DNA of 63,062 nucleotides, filler included, from Globobulimina sp. (lineage: Eukaryota), in assembly GCA_003354225.1 (NCBI GenBank). It is 52 parts of 52 records of this genome, joined end to end, with 100 filler letters (N's around TTAATTAATTAA, not from the genome) between each part and the next. Parts side by side here need not be neighbours in the genome. Positions count along the whole stretch, not along the records: positions 23,087 to 24,201 come from PIVH01023121.1; positions 24,302 to 25,416 come from PIVH01023122.1; positions 25,517 to 26,631 come from PIVH01023123.1; positions 26,732 to 27,846 come from PIVH01023124.1; positions 27,947 to 29,061 come from PIVH01023125.1; positions 29,162 to 30,276 come from PIVH01023126.1; positions 30,377 to 31,491 come from PIVH01023127.1; positions 31,592 to 32,706 come from PIVH01023128.1; 44 more parts are not named here. The stretch is one strand, 5' to 3'. The translations under genes were made by a program, and so were the position numbers. Under the pieces are notes generated by a model, which ran no database searches, had not been told where the DNA came from, and saw only the letters and a program-made list of their open reading frames with translations. Below are positions 23,303 to 34,758 of this stretch, piece after piece (position 1 is the stretch's first letter; each line of letters starts with the position of its first letter).

Positions 23303-24201
23303 ATGGACAGAGACAAAACTGAGGTGCCATTAGCCACCAAACGTGCGATGAGAGCCGCTCATTTATTGGGCAAAATCTTACGCGAGCATTTTGACGGCAA
23401 CCTCTGCGAATTAATGGTTTCCAAATCGTTTGATTGGAGATCCTATTCCTTGAACATCTTAGATAATTTGTTATTGGTCGGCGGCATCCCACGAGACATC
23501 TTATTAGGCACTGAAGTGCGAGACATCGACGTGACTTTCAACTTGCGGGAATTGACCAAAATCCAATTAAACCATTTGCGCAAATATCATAGCAGCAAAT
23601 CCGGTCAATCAGCAAATTGTAAATGTGCATATTGGCAACATTATTTAAACAAATTTGAGCCTCAAAATATCCATCAAGAAGAAAAAAACCAATCCTCCAA
23701 TTCCAAGAACCAGACCATCAAATTTCATAATTGCTCCTATATCTTCAACGCGCGATATTTCGTCGACATTCTCAGCGAATCCTCCTATTTGAAGGGCAGA
23801 GTTCGCATCACAGACTTGCCCAAACATGGCTTCTTATCCTTGACCATCACCGATAACATCCAACACGAATCCTACGACTTAAGAGGCACTAAATTCGAGT
23901 TTACCGACACCTTCGACAGCAACAAAGTCATCTCAGTGCAGAAAATGATGCAACAAATGGAAGCTCGAAGTATGACATTCGAATCTGACGAGAAAAGCAC
24001 TGCAAAGAAAAGCAGATCGCGTTGGAAGTCCATTGCGCTTTTCCCGTCCGAACAATTAGCGTTTTTAAACGAAGAATTCGATTCAGAAATACGTTTGATT
24101 GAGATTGAAATCTATCCCATTCGCTTAAAAAACCCATCGGAATGTTACGATTTCAGCACGAACACTGCCACCATACCGCCGAGCAGCATCACGGAGTTTT
24201 C
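23303..24201 (+). CDS. Class II nucleotidyltransferase (CCA-adding / poly(A) polymerase head domain), divergent
   Basis: LLVGGIPRDILLGTEVRDIDV is motif A with DxD; YDFSTN stands where RRDFTIN is expected. Confidence 0.75.
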
Positions 24202-25223
24202 NNNNNNNNNNNNNNNNNNNNNNNNNNNNNNNNNNNNNNNNNNNNTTAATTAATTAANNNNNNNNNNNNNNNNNNNNNNNNNNNNNNNNNNNNNNNNNNN
24301 NATTTAATTCCATTAATAACACATTATTAATCATGCAATCTCAGTTTAACTACAATGAGATGCATGAATGTATATATTTATAATAAATAAATTGTTCTCG
24401 GCAATTTCATGATGTTCCCGTGTTCCAGGAATGCGCCATGACGACGATAATGGAATAAAATGGCATAAAATGAAGATAAAGTGAAATATGTTGAAATTTG
24501 CAGGGTTTATGCGTTTTATCAAAGAATATCACGAGGATCCCCCAAAGCGAAAGGGTACCCAAGGCAGCCGGCAATATAACCCATGCATAGGGCGCTTCTG
24601 TGACCCATCAAAACCACACAACGAACAACAATGAACCACTGGCACAACAATCAATGATACAGATCCAATCACAAAGCGAATGCCATGAACGTATGCGCGC
24701 AGTGAGTGAACTACAGCAAATGTTCATGAATGCTCAAAGACATCGATACCAATGGCCAGGATGCGTTCAAGCGTCGCATGGCTCAATGGGTACAGTTTTG
24801 TTTGATTTATTTAAATTTGCTCTTCAACGACGAAATATTTGCGTACAATGCCCGAAATCGATGATAATTAATACCCGAATTTGCGTAATGGAAATAATCG
24901 CCGAGATAGTGCGAAATTGCGTGATATGCGAATTTGCGTGATCCAATAATGCGTTTTGTTAATTAATCATTGCCGCGATCGACAATGAGTTTTGTTAATT
25001 GTCAATTGCCGCGATCGGCGAATTGATTCGATTGTATTGGCCATGGTGGCCATTGTGATGATTTAATCCAAACATCAATTGATTACCAGAGCAATCAATG
25101 AATGGACTGGGAACCTGGTCAGGAACCCATGGTTGCCGAGGACAAGGCAAAGGAAAAGAAGTTTTTTGTTTGATGAAAATGAAAGAAAACTCAAAGACTT
25201 AAATAAAGACTTCGGAATTTCCT

Positions 25224-25416
25224 GAAAAAGGGAGTAATGTGGTATATTAACATATTGTACCCCCCCTATTGTAAGCCCCTTATTCTTAAGCTAGTCTTAG
25301 ACCTTAATTTAGTACTTAGTCATTCCTACTAAGAAGTTACGCTATACCATATTACGGCACATTGTAAACGCTGGGAATTCACTCTCTTGCTTTGACTGTG
25401 CTTTGTGACTTTAAAA
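25224..25416 (+). mobile_element. Candidate polypurine tract and start of a 3' LTR
   Basis: GAAAAAGGGAGTAA (25224-25237) directly followed by TGTGG; non-coding to contig end. Confidence 0.45.
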
Positions 25417-25794
25417 NNNNNNNNNNNNNNNNNNNNNNNNNNNNNNNNNNNNNNNNNNNNTTAATTAATTAANNNNNNNNNNNNNNNNNNNNNNNNNNNN
25501 NNNNNNNNNNNNNNNNGCATTCATATACATTCATGGTCATTCAATTCCATTTTTTCATTTTGTATCAAGAAATGACCCCAGAATGCCAGTCTCTTTTGGA
25601 TTGGGTCTAAGTATAACCATGGCAGAGCCCATTATTTCAGGATAATTTGTAATCTTTGCTGCAATTGGTTCTGATTTAGCAAATAATCTGCAACCAAAAG
25701 ACTAGTTTCTACCATTCTAAGACATCCAAAGTTTCAAAGTGAGGTAGCTACAGGTTTTTGTATTGAATAATAACGATAACGCATTGCTTTTTCC

Positions 25795-26631
25795 ATGCAG
25801 TCGACACAAGTTGGACACCGTACATCCACAAATGTTTTAATAGTTCAAATTCCATCAGCATCATCGCCTCAATATCAACGACAACGAAAGAAAGACTCGT
25901 TGAAAAGCAACGAGCGAAAAAACAACAACGACAGATCACCCCGTTCGCCCCGTTCACCATTATCACTCTCACCGCCACCCCCAACCCATATGAATATCCC
26001 AAACCATCCACTCGATGCAGCCCCAACACAATTACCCAGCATCGCTAAAATAGCCAAACACAGAATCGAACACACCATCGACAGTTCAGACAATTCAAAC
26101 AGCAAAAGTAGTAGTCTTGAAATACCAAATAAAGCAATTCCAGTCAGTCCCAAACATGCCGGCGCCTCTGCACCACTGTCACCCTCACCATCGGCAATTA
26201 CCACGCAAACGATTGACGAATGCCATACCGGTGACGGAGCAGACAATAATAATAACAATTATAGTGGTGATTCAATGTATTCTTCAGATGAGAATGACAA
26301 CGTTAACACAAAGAGTAAGCGCAGAGCACCAGAACATTCGCCCACTGTATCCCTTTGTAACTTAGACGTAGCGCAACAATATAAACGTTTTGGACCCAAA
26401 ATAAAATTATCCGGCGACAATTCAGCGCAGGATTTACTGCGATATTCAGCCATCAACAAACAGCGATTATCCTCCAAATTCATGGCACCCGTTGGACATA
26501 ATCGTGGCGTCAATATTGTTTTAAATGGCGGTATTGACAAAGGATATGGCTCTGACGGCTCTGACGAGTCTGTCTCTATGGTCTCCCAATCTAATGTGCC
26601 TATATTTATGATCAGATTTATAAATCTAAAA
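25795..26631 (+). CDS. Low-complexity Ser/Pro/Asn-rich protein fragment
   Basis: Long open frame with SP-rich disordered composition. Confidence 0.5.
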
Positions 26632-26962
26632 NNNNNNNNNNNNNNNNNNNNNNNNNNNNNNNNNNNNNNNNNNNNTTAATTAATTAANNNNNNNNNNNNN
26701 NNNNNNNNNNNNNNNNNNNNNNNNNNNNNNNCTGTATCATAACCTCCCTCATTCAACACCTCTCCAACAACTTTCCCGGCGCGATCATCATTGGACGACG
26801 ACTTATTGTCTGCAGCAAATAATTTATTTATTACTTGTGATGCTAATTCAATTTTATCATCGAAATCTAATTCCATAACTCTTTAAGTGTGATACAGGAT
26901 TGATGACATTTAAATTTTGTACGATAAAAGTTTTTTGGAGAGGTTTTTTTACAATTTGAAAC

Positions 26963-27652
26963 ATGACAGAAGAATCTCAACCATTAGTTGTTGGGAGTGA
27001 TAACAATAACAATAACAATAATAATAATATCCAAACTGAAAATGATAGAGCTGATCCAGTCGCGTGTTTTTTTTGTAATTTCTGTTGTTGTGATGATGAT
27101 GATACTGAGGTTTGTATACATATTACATATTTAATTGGGATAAATATATCAGTATAAATTAAAATATTGTACATGCAGGAAACTTTTGATGAGTTGGTTT
27201 CAGCTGCAAATGGAGTATGTTTGCAACTTATAAACATTTTGTAGGTGAATAGATTTGCTATATATGCTATATAGAAACAGAAGAATAAAAAGAGAGAGCA
27301 AACAGAGGTGAAAGAGGATGCAAATGATATATTTTCAAGTAAAGAGAATCAAAAAGAAATAGAAAATTGGTTTGCCACAAATCAAATGACAGCGAAAGAA
27401 TTCCGACATAAATATAAATCATTTGAGAGTTGGTGGGATGAATTGGATGAAGAACTTGAATTTGTTGGAAGAAATATGAAAAAATCATTTAAGGAATTTT
27501 GGGGATATTTAAATCTTAAAATAGATGATAATGATAATAATATTGAACAAGATCAAGATATGGTGCAAGTTGTTATTGTTTCAGGGAATGGATTTATTGG
27601 ACTGTCATCAGCCGGCGATCATGAAGTTGGTTTATCAGATGATGAAGATTGA
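26963..27652 (+). CDS. Spliced hypothetical gene (exons 26963-27109, 27179-27214, 27308-27652)
   Basis: GT-AG introns 27110-27178 and 27215-27307 join the two listed ORFs in frame; Cys-rich patch CFFCNFCCC. Confidence 0.45.
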
Positions 27653-27985
27653 AATCTTCGATATCTTTTTATATCATACTTATACGCGTTGTATCACAGT
27701 GTTTTATAATAAATATACTGGCTTAATATTGAAATACTGGCTTAATATCGAGTAAACTAAAAAATCAATAAAAAATAACTTGCAAATCAATATTTTACAT
27801 TTTCAATCCTAATCACATCTAATAAAACGCCAACAAATGTCCTTAANNNNNNNNNNNNNNNNNNNNNNNNNNNNNNNNNNNNNNNNNNNNTTAATTAATT
27901 AANNNNNNNNNNNNNNNNNNNNNNNNNNNNNNNNNNNNNNNNNNNNCATCGTGTTTTGAAGCGTGTCTAAACTCGAAAACTGAAA

Positions 27986-29061
27986 ATGAACGGAAAACGA
28001 AAAGGTGAACAAGAATGGCTTTGTCCACGTTGCGAAGGATTGAATGACGGACATTTAAATAAATGCAACATATGTTTATCATGGAGATGTCAATCATGTT
28101 TTCAATATAACTCAATCAATATCGGTAAATGTAAAAGTTGTCACAAAGCAAAACAGTCAATTGGTGTGATGCAAAAAAATAAGAAAAAAAGGAGGAAACA
28201 TAAACGAATCAAACAAAACCAAGACATACAAGATAGCCATGTCCATCTCCACCAAATTGAAGCAAAAAAAAAAGTAGCCAAACCTCCAAAAATTATCAGC
28301 TATTTCAATGCAAATAAGAAACTAAATCATAAGAATAACTCCCCGAAACAATCCGCATTCAAGCAACGGAATCAACCGCATAGCGCCAAAAAGAAACATC
28401 GAAAACAAGTCAGAGTAGCCTTAAACAACGAGAAAGTACTTAAAACAGATAATAATTTAAGTCAACGTTATGTGGATAAGACGCAATATTCGCCACCACA
28501 TTCAATGTATGGATATGCGAACAGTATAACAAGTCATAAGACTCAAAACAGTCACTCGCAAGCACATATTTATAGAAATAATGGATGTATTGATCGCAAA
28601 ATGAATGAGAATAATAATAATAATATTAATAAGTTACCTCGTCATCATGTCAATGTGGAACAGTTATTATCATTTGGATATTTATTGAAAAATATTGAAT
28701 GTGCCTGGCTTTTAATGAAACAAAGCAAGAAACACAACTCCATTCTACCAGATCATGGCCAAATATTTATTGAAACAATGTTGGATTATTTATGTAAAAC
28801 TGAAAATATGTCAACTGTTTCACACTCACAACATAGTCAGCATAGTCAACATAGTCAACATAGTCAAGAATCTGTGTCGCCATCGGAACGCAATAAACAT
28901 CGTCGTCGTTTAGCAACACCTCTGTATTGCATGGGCGATGAGGTTTATTTTCAATGTAAAAAGTGTGAAATTATTAGCATTAATGTAGAGAGTAACAATG
29001 TATTATATAAGGTGAGATTTTTAGATAGCAATAAAGAGGATATTGCAAAGGAAATGTATTT
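27986..29061 (+). CDS. Protein with two tandem RanBP2-type zinc fingers, basic region and (SQH)n repeat
   Basis: WLCPRCEGLN...CNIC and WRCQSCFQYN...CKSC. Confidence 0.75.
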
Positions 29062-29163
29062 NNNNNNNNNNNNNNNNNNNNNNNNNNNNNNNNNNNNNNN
29101 NNNNNTTAATTAATTAANNNNNNNNNNNNNNNNNNNNNNNNNNNNNNNNNNNNNNNNNNNNTT

Positions 29164-29277
29164 TGTATTGAAATAATGAGCACATTTGGAAAAATAACCA
29201 AAAACAAGGAATTGGACCAAAATAATTTGACGACTTGCAGCCAGTTCTGGGCAAATCCGTCTCCTGTAGTCGCCCTT
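29164..29277 (+). repeat. Shared 114-bp element, copy 1, ending 30 bp upstream of a SPRY-like gene
   Basis: Identical to the reverse complement of 31365-31477 except one extra A; ends ...CTCCTGTAGTCGCCCTT followed by TAAAA. Confidence 0.95.
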
Positions 29278-29307
29278 TAAAATATAATCATACATGCTTC
29301 AGCTTTT

Positions 29308-29973
29308 ATGGATTCCGGTTTGAATTTTGCGAGAATAAAAGAAATTGATCAATTTACCAAGGATATAGTTTATGGATTCATGAATCAACAAGAAAACATA
29401 GCACCAATAATTTATAGTATTTGTTTGTTATTTTATCATATCAAAGAACAATGGACAGATCATGACCAATGGATAATGTTAAGAGACGCAAATAGAGATA
29501 TTATAACCAACACTTATGGTCGCGATCGGCTAGGGACTGTGTATGGATATCATTGGACAAATAATGTAATTCCATGTATCTACAGATGGAAAATAAAAAT
29601 ATTAATGATACATAAATATTCAAATATGCTTTTAGGGATTAATAGTTCAAATAAAAAATATATGAATTCAGCTTTTCATACAGAATCTCTTAAGGATGAT
29701 AAGTCATTTTATGCATTCACATACAATTGTAAATATTATGTGAATGGAGACACAAAAGGTTGTTCTCAAAAACGCAGGAAATGTGGAAACATTATCACAT
29801 TAGAATTGGATACAAAAAGAAAGACTGTAAAATTATATGTAAATGGCATTGCTCAAGATTTGGAATATAGAAATGCTGATTGTGATGTCAATTATTGTTT
29901 AGCGGTAGAAATGAATAAACCAAATGATTCGGTGCAAATTGTCGATTTTCAACAGATTCATCAAAAAATGTAA
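29308..29973 (+). CDS. Intronless SPRY/B30.2-like domain protein (family member 1)
   Basis: N-terminal KDIVYGF...ICLLFYH, then YRWKIKI, LLGI, GNIITLELDTKRKTVKLYVNG, YCLAV. Confidence 0.75.
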   Translation: MDSGLNFARIKEIDQFTKDIVYGFMNQQENIAPIIYSICLLFYHIKEQWTDHDQWIMLRDANRDIITNTYGRDRLGTVYGYHWTNNVIPCIYRWKIKILMIHKYSNMLLGINSSNKKYMNSAFHTESLKDDKSFYAFTYNCKYYVNGDTKGCSQKRRKCGNIITLELDTKRKTVKLYVNGIAQDLEYRNADCDVNYCLAVEMNKPNDSVQIVDFQQIHQKM

Positions 29974-30376
29974 TCAAAATTCTGCACACCAAAACTTCAC
30001 AGAACATTTTTCGCAAAGTTCCTCAGCAAATTTTGACGTTCCGAAAGTGTTCAAACTAAATATAATCATACGAAGAAACCGGATTTGATGATCTAATTGG
30101 AATTAGTGTTTGGTATATAATCATATATTCTCTACAAATGGGAACTTGTCATTTGAGTTAAATCGATATTTAAACGCTGTCCTGGACTTGACAACGAAAT
30201 AAAATAGACAAATAACACAAAAACCAAATAGTTCATGCGTTTATTACTTATATATTAATAAACGATGAAAACATCANNNNNNNNNNNNNNNNNNNNNNNN
30301 NNNNNNNNNNNNNNNNNNNNTTAATTAATTAANNNNNNNNNNNNNNNNNNNNNNNNNNNNNNNNNNNNNNNNNNNN

Positions 30377-30635
30377 GATGTAATTGATGTACATCCAATA
30401 ATATTATTTGAATAATAATTGCCACGATAAATACAATTGAAATAAAAAATGAAATAATACCTACCAATGTTATGCTTATCATAAATAGGACTGCTTTGTT
30501 CTTACATCGTGATTTGATTTCACTTTTTTTATATGCTACATAAATTAAGTGGGAAATGATTGCCAGCACAATGGTTGCTGATAACGTAAAAAGGCATAAC
30601 ATAACGTATGCACTGGTAATTTTGAGTCCAGACAT
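30377..30635 (-). CDS. Multi-pass membrane protein, N-terminal fragment
   Basis: Two hydrophobic helices separated by a basic loop; ATG about 70 bp after the SPRY-like stop. Confidence 0.45.
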
Positions 30636-30703
30636 TGCAACAAACTGTTTAATAAGAAAAGATTTTGCTGTACCAAAACGCAGAAACAAAAAACACAAAT
30701 ATG

Positions 30704-31364
30704 TTAATTTAACAATTCAATCGCAGACTCGTTGCCTTGTAAACATATGGCAGCTCTATATTTTGCATTTTTAACACTGAATGCTTTGCCAAAATGCTGC
30801 CCATTTACAGCATAACTTATTTCCAATTTATCCAAATCTAAAAACATTTCAACAATGTCATTTGCTTTACATTTATCACAATACGTATATGAATGTTCAT
30901 AACTTCCTCCACCTTTTAAACTTACTAATTTCCCTGCTTTCAAAACTAAGGCATAAGCGACATCACCTCCACATGTGAAAAATGTATCAATTGGTGGTGA
31001 TAAATCATTTCGTATCCTCCATACACCGATTAAGCACCATATTTTTGACATTTTATGGATTTTAAATTTCCATCGATAGCATCCTGTATCACAGATATCA
31101 GTTAAAAATGCTGATTTATAATGTGTTGACCAACCGCCTGTGTCTTCTCCTATTTTAATAACAGTATTATGTTTGAGACTTAATCCTGATCCAATTTGCA
31201 ATGGATCCCAGGCATCCTTTTTCCAATAATACATTAGACAAATAAACCGAATAAATGAGAATACATTGTTAAAGTTACTCTCTCCAAATATTGCCATTGT
31301 AGTTTGCCTGATAAATCCAAATACTGTATCTTTGGTTTGTGCATTGACAGATTTCAATTGTTTC
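30704..31364 (-). CDS. Intronless SPRY/B30.2-like domain protein (family member 2); start codon replaced by the shared element
   Basis: KDTVFGFIR...ICLMYY, YRWKFKI, LIGVW, NDIVEMFLDLDKLEISYAVNG, YRAAI; in-frame TAG inside the element just upstream. Confidence 0.75.
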
Positions 31365-31477
31365 AAGGGCGACTACAGGAGACGGATTTGCCCAGAACTG
31401 GCTGCAAGTCGTCAAATTATTTTGGTCCAATTCCTTGTTTTTGGTTATTTTCCAAATGTGCTCATTATTTCAATACA
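31365..31477 (-). repeat. Shared 113-bp element, copy 2, abutting the 5' end of a SPRY-like frame
   Basis: Same sequence and same orientation relative to the gene as 29164-29277; ends ...GTCGCCCTT followed by GAAAC. Confidence 0.95.
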
Positions 31478-31613
31478 CACATAATTTTCTCNNNNNNNNN
31501 NNNNNNNNNNNNNNNNNNNNNNNNNNNNNNNNNNNTTAATTAATTAANNNNNNNNNNNNNNNNNNNNNNNNNNNNNNNNNNNNNNNNNNNNAATCACAAA
31601 AACAAAATAATAT

Positions 31614-32687
31614 TTAATGATAATAAAATGGAATTTGATCAAGCGATTCTTTATCAATAATAATATTATAATACTTATTAAGATGTTTAGACAACAAAAT
31701 AATGGGCACATTCAAATCATCCACGCCGCGATCAAACACAATATCCAATCGTTTTCCATTCACAATATATTTAAATATCCGTATCCGCACTTTATAAATC
31801 AGACACAACGCCAATATATCCACTTCATCCTCACTCACTTTATTCAATGCCACACTATCTTTATTATACCGTATATAGCGAATACATTCATTTTTTATAT
31901 GAATGGCTAGATTTAAATCGCCATAAATCATATACGCAAAACATTGAAAAATACTGTTATTTGTCGGTGTGACTTTAATTAATTCCCATCGCAATTTCTC
32001 CGCAACAATCGCATCTTCAATATATTTTATATCCTGTTCCAACTGCGGGAATATTAATCGTTTCGCATCAAAACAAACATGCAACTTTTCGTGGCTATTA
32101 TCTTTATAATAAATACTGATGCAATTCATGTCAATATCGCATATCTTTGCAGTCATCCACTGATTTTGTTGCATATTAAACACACGAATATCATCGCCAA
32201 TGTCATAACAATTATCAATATAAACGACCTCTGCTTCATTATCCAAATGCAGCCAATATAAATATGTACGCTTATCATAGCTATATTTGCATTGTATCTG
32301 TCCACTCATACTGTCCATGGCAAATATTTCGCCACATTGCCAGCCATAATATCCATGCTTTGGGTCTAATTTGTGGTATTTTTGTGCAATGGGTCGCAAT
32401 TCAACTAAACTGCCGACGCGCAAGAATCTAAATTTCCATTCATGCGAAACTCGCCGTGATACCGACTGAGATTTCGCGAATTTATATTGTGTTTCTACGC
32501 TAATATCGCACCAACCGTCCCATATCGCGTCCATTTGATATTGGTGCGTCCAGCCTTTATAATATATTTGTAAGCTATTTGTCTCCTCATTTTTAGCAAT
32601 GATGGTCGCACGGCAAAATTTACCAAATATATTGCGATGATCAATGCTGTCAAACTCCTTCAAATTGTTCACTTCGTCCATGCCCAT
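31614..32687 (-). CDS. Tudor/MBT-like repeats plus a degenerate OTU domain
   Basis: FDSIDHRNIFGKFCRATII...IYYKGW and WQCGEI / WMTAKI barrels; VTPTNNSIFQCFAYMIYGD, EVDILALCLIYKVRI, ILLSKHLNKYYNII align to OTU without its catalytic Cys and His. Confidence 0.65.
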   Translation of the reverse strand: MGMDEVNNLKEFDSIDHRNIFGKFCRATIIAKNEETNSLQIYYKGWTHQYQMDAIWDGWCDISVETQYKFAKSQSVSRRVSHEWKFRFLRVGSLVELRPIAQKYHKLDPKHGYYGWQCGEIFAMDSMSGQIQCKYSYDKRTYLYWLHLDNEAEVVYIDNCYDIGDDIRVFNMQQNQWMTAKICDIDMNCISIYYKDNSHEKLHVCFDAKRLIFPQLEQDIKYIEDAIVAEKLRWELIKVTPTNNSIFQCFAYMIYGDLNLAIHIKNECIRYIRYNKDSVALNKVSEDEVDILALCLIYKVRIRIFKYIVNGKRLDIVFDRGVDDLNVPIILLSKHLNKYYNIIIDKESLDQIPFYYH

Positions 32688-32806
32688 ACAGCCTACAAAG
32701 GGATTGNNNNNNNNNNNNNNNNNNNNNNNNNNNNNNNNNNNNNNNNNNNNTTAATTAATTAANNNNNNNNNNNNNNNNNNNNNNNNNNNNNNNNNNNNNN
32801 NNNNNN

Positions 32807-33091
32807 GCCAAGTTTAAATTTACTCGCATTAGGCCCAATCCCAACTACTTCACCTACCACATCACGTCCAGCTACAAAAGGGAACTCATTTGCGACTGCA
32901 AGTCGACGGAGGTTTGAACCATACCCTTGAACCATACGTAAATCGATAGGATTAAGTGAAGAATACTCAACACGCACTAGCATTTGTTTTCCGTTTGGTT
33001 TAGGAATAGGGAGCTCTTCAAGTTTGAGAAATTCTGCTGGTTTCCCATAACATTTTGCCTTTAGCACTGAAAGCGTGCGCTTTGTTTTCAT
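32807..33091 (-). CDS. NAD(P)H quinone oxidoreductase (RTN4IP1-like MDR), N-terminal fragment
   Basis: LPIPKP...MLVRVEYSSLNPIDLRMVQGYG...FPFVAGRDVVGEVVGIG. Confidence 0.8.
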
Positions 33092-33921
33092 TGTCAACCA
33101 CAACAAACTTCCCATTCATCTTCTCCTTAATGATGAATATTAATATGAATCCATTACGAAAAAGAAAGGAGAATGGATTGATATTAACCATCAGCAATGC
33201 CAAATATCCATATTATTTTGCAGCAAATTGGTTAAGTCTTTATTCATCAGAGAATGAGAAAATATTTTTTGGAGCAAATGAATTGGTCAATATACATTCC
33301 ATATTATTAATTGATTGTAATTATAAGAATTCAAATACACATATATTTTCAGATTATTTTTATTTTGTAAATGCATTCAAAATATTATCGCAAATCATCC
33401 ATGGCCAATGGAGCCAAGAATTATATGATACAAAAACACAGAAATCATTAAAAAAAATAATTGAATATGGTTTAGGAACAGAATGTGGATCACTTTTAAA
33501 TCGTGATATTACGCGAAGATATGATACAAAATATCAAGTTAAAAATCCATATGATGGATATGATGAAAATGATGAATATTTTGACATTGATGATGATGAT
33601 GAATTGGATGATATTGATGATGATGAATTGCCTCAATACATTCGCAATTTTTTTGATTGTTATTTTTGTCAACAAATAGATTTTATTTCAATCGATTTAG
33701 GAATTCTTGATTCTTGCTTTGGTGAAACCATTCGTAGATTTTTTGTGAGTCATATTAATGGTGGCGATGAAATTAAATATAATAATTTAATATCTTTATT
33801 TCCCAAAACAAAACAAATTAAAATCATTGGCAGACATGAAATGAAATGGAATAAATATGAAGTTGAGCAATTGATAGAATTCTTACAATTTGATAGTTAT
33901 TTAAATGATATTTTTAGAGAG
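33092..33921 (+). CDS. Protein with ADP-ribosyltransferase-like (R-S-E clade) motifs; 5' truncated
   Basis: LSTTT (STS-like), GLILTI, WLSLYSSENEKIFF (ExE); the upstream Arg strand is missing from the contig. Confidence 0.45.
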
Positions 33922-34021
33922 NNNNNNNNNNNNNNNNNNNNNNNNNNNNNNNNNNNNNNNNNNNNTTAATTAATTAANNNNNNNNNNNNNNNNNNNNNNN
34001 NNNNNNNNNNNNNNNNNNNNN

Positions 34022-34699
34022 TATTTCCATTTTCTCCCTTTTCCGTTGTTCCATATTATAAAAATCAACCAATACGAGATATTTCTTAATAACATCCAAT
34101 TGTAAATGGTCGAAATTCTCAATGTTATGCTTATTTGATTCATACTCATTCGTCCATTTTGTGAATATATCAATGGCATCGGTAATATTATTCATCTTCT
34201 CTTTGCTTTTTGCTTTTTTTAAGATACTCCGAGCGCCACAAAGAAAGGAAGAAACCATATTTCTTTGATATGCAACATCTCTCCCTTCAATAAATTGGAG
34301 TGTTTGAAGTGCTTTGGCTTTGCTCGAAAAACCGCCTCCTGTGCTATTCGAGTATTTATTCGGTCCTCGTTTGTGTTTTTTTTTATTTTTATTTGTGTCA
34401 AAACTGTTTATTTTGGTGTTGGAAGCATTTATTTTTCTCCGTTTTTTTGGCGGCTCTGCGGATATCGATGAGTCTGAATTACTTTCTCCATCCTTTGATA
34501 GCGGACATTTATAAGTCTCTAATTCTGCTAATTGCTCATTTAATGTATCCGTTCCACTCCCATTGGATTCGTATTCATATAAATCTGATGATTGTGGATT
34601 GTATTCTTCCTCCGCAGCCAATTCACATTCTTCAAAGGACTCTCTGCTCCTTTTTTTTGTGGCTGATTTCTTTGCGAGACGCGCACTTCTTCGCGGCAT
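34022..34699 (-). CDS. Hypothetical nuclear protein, N-terminal fragment
   Basis: Likely start MPRRSARLAKK at 34699; NLS-like PPKKRRK. Confidence 0.55.
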
Positions 34700-34758
34700 T
34701 TGAATTCCGATTAAATTAAATGAATGTTTTTGTTTTAGTCTAATCACTGCATTGCAAA

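Noticed and set aside
18227-24201. MntA-HepT, RT fragments and the nucleotidyltransferase as one defence island or retron-like system
   Set aside because: They are on different contigs from different organisms, and the RT pieces carry eukaryotic retrotransposon motifs rather than retron or DGR motifs.
24530-24600. GC-richer patch as a structured RNA or HDV-like ribozyme
   Set aside because: I could not build the nested pseudoknot pairing by eye; an Infernal search would be needed.
29162-31491. The two shared-element copies as terminal inverted repeats of one 2.3-kb transposon holding two SPRY genes
   Set aside because: They lie on separate contigs divided by a spacer at 30277-30376; adjacency and relative orientation come from length sorting.
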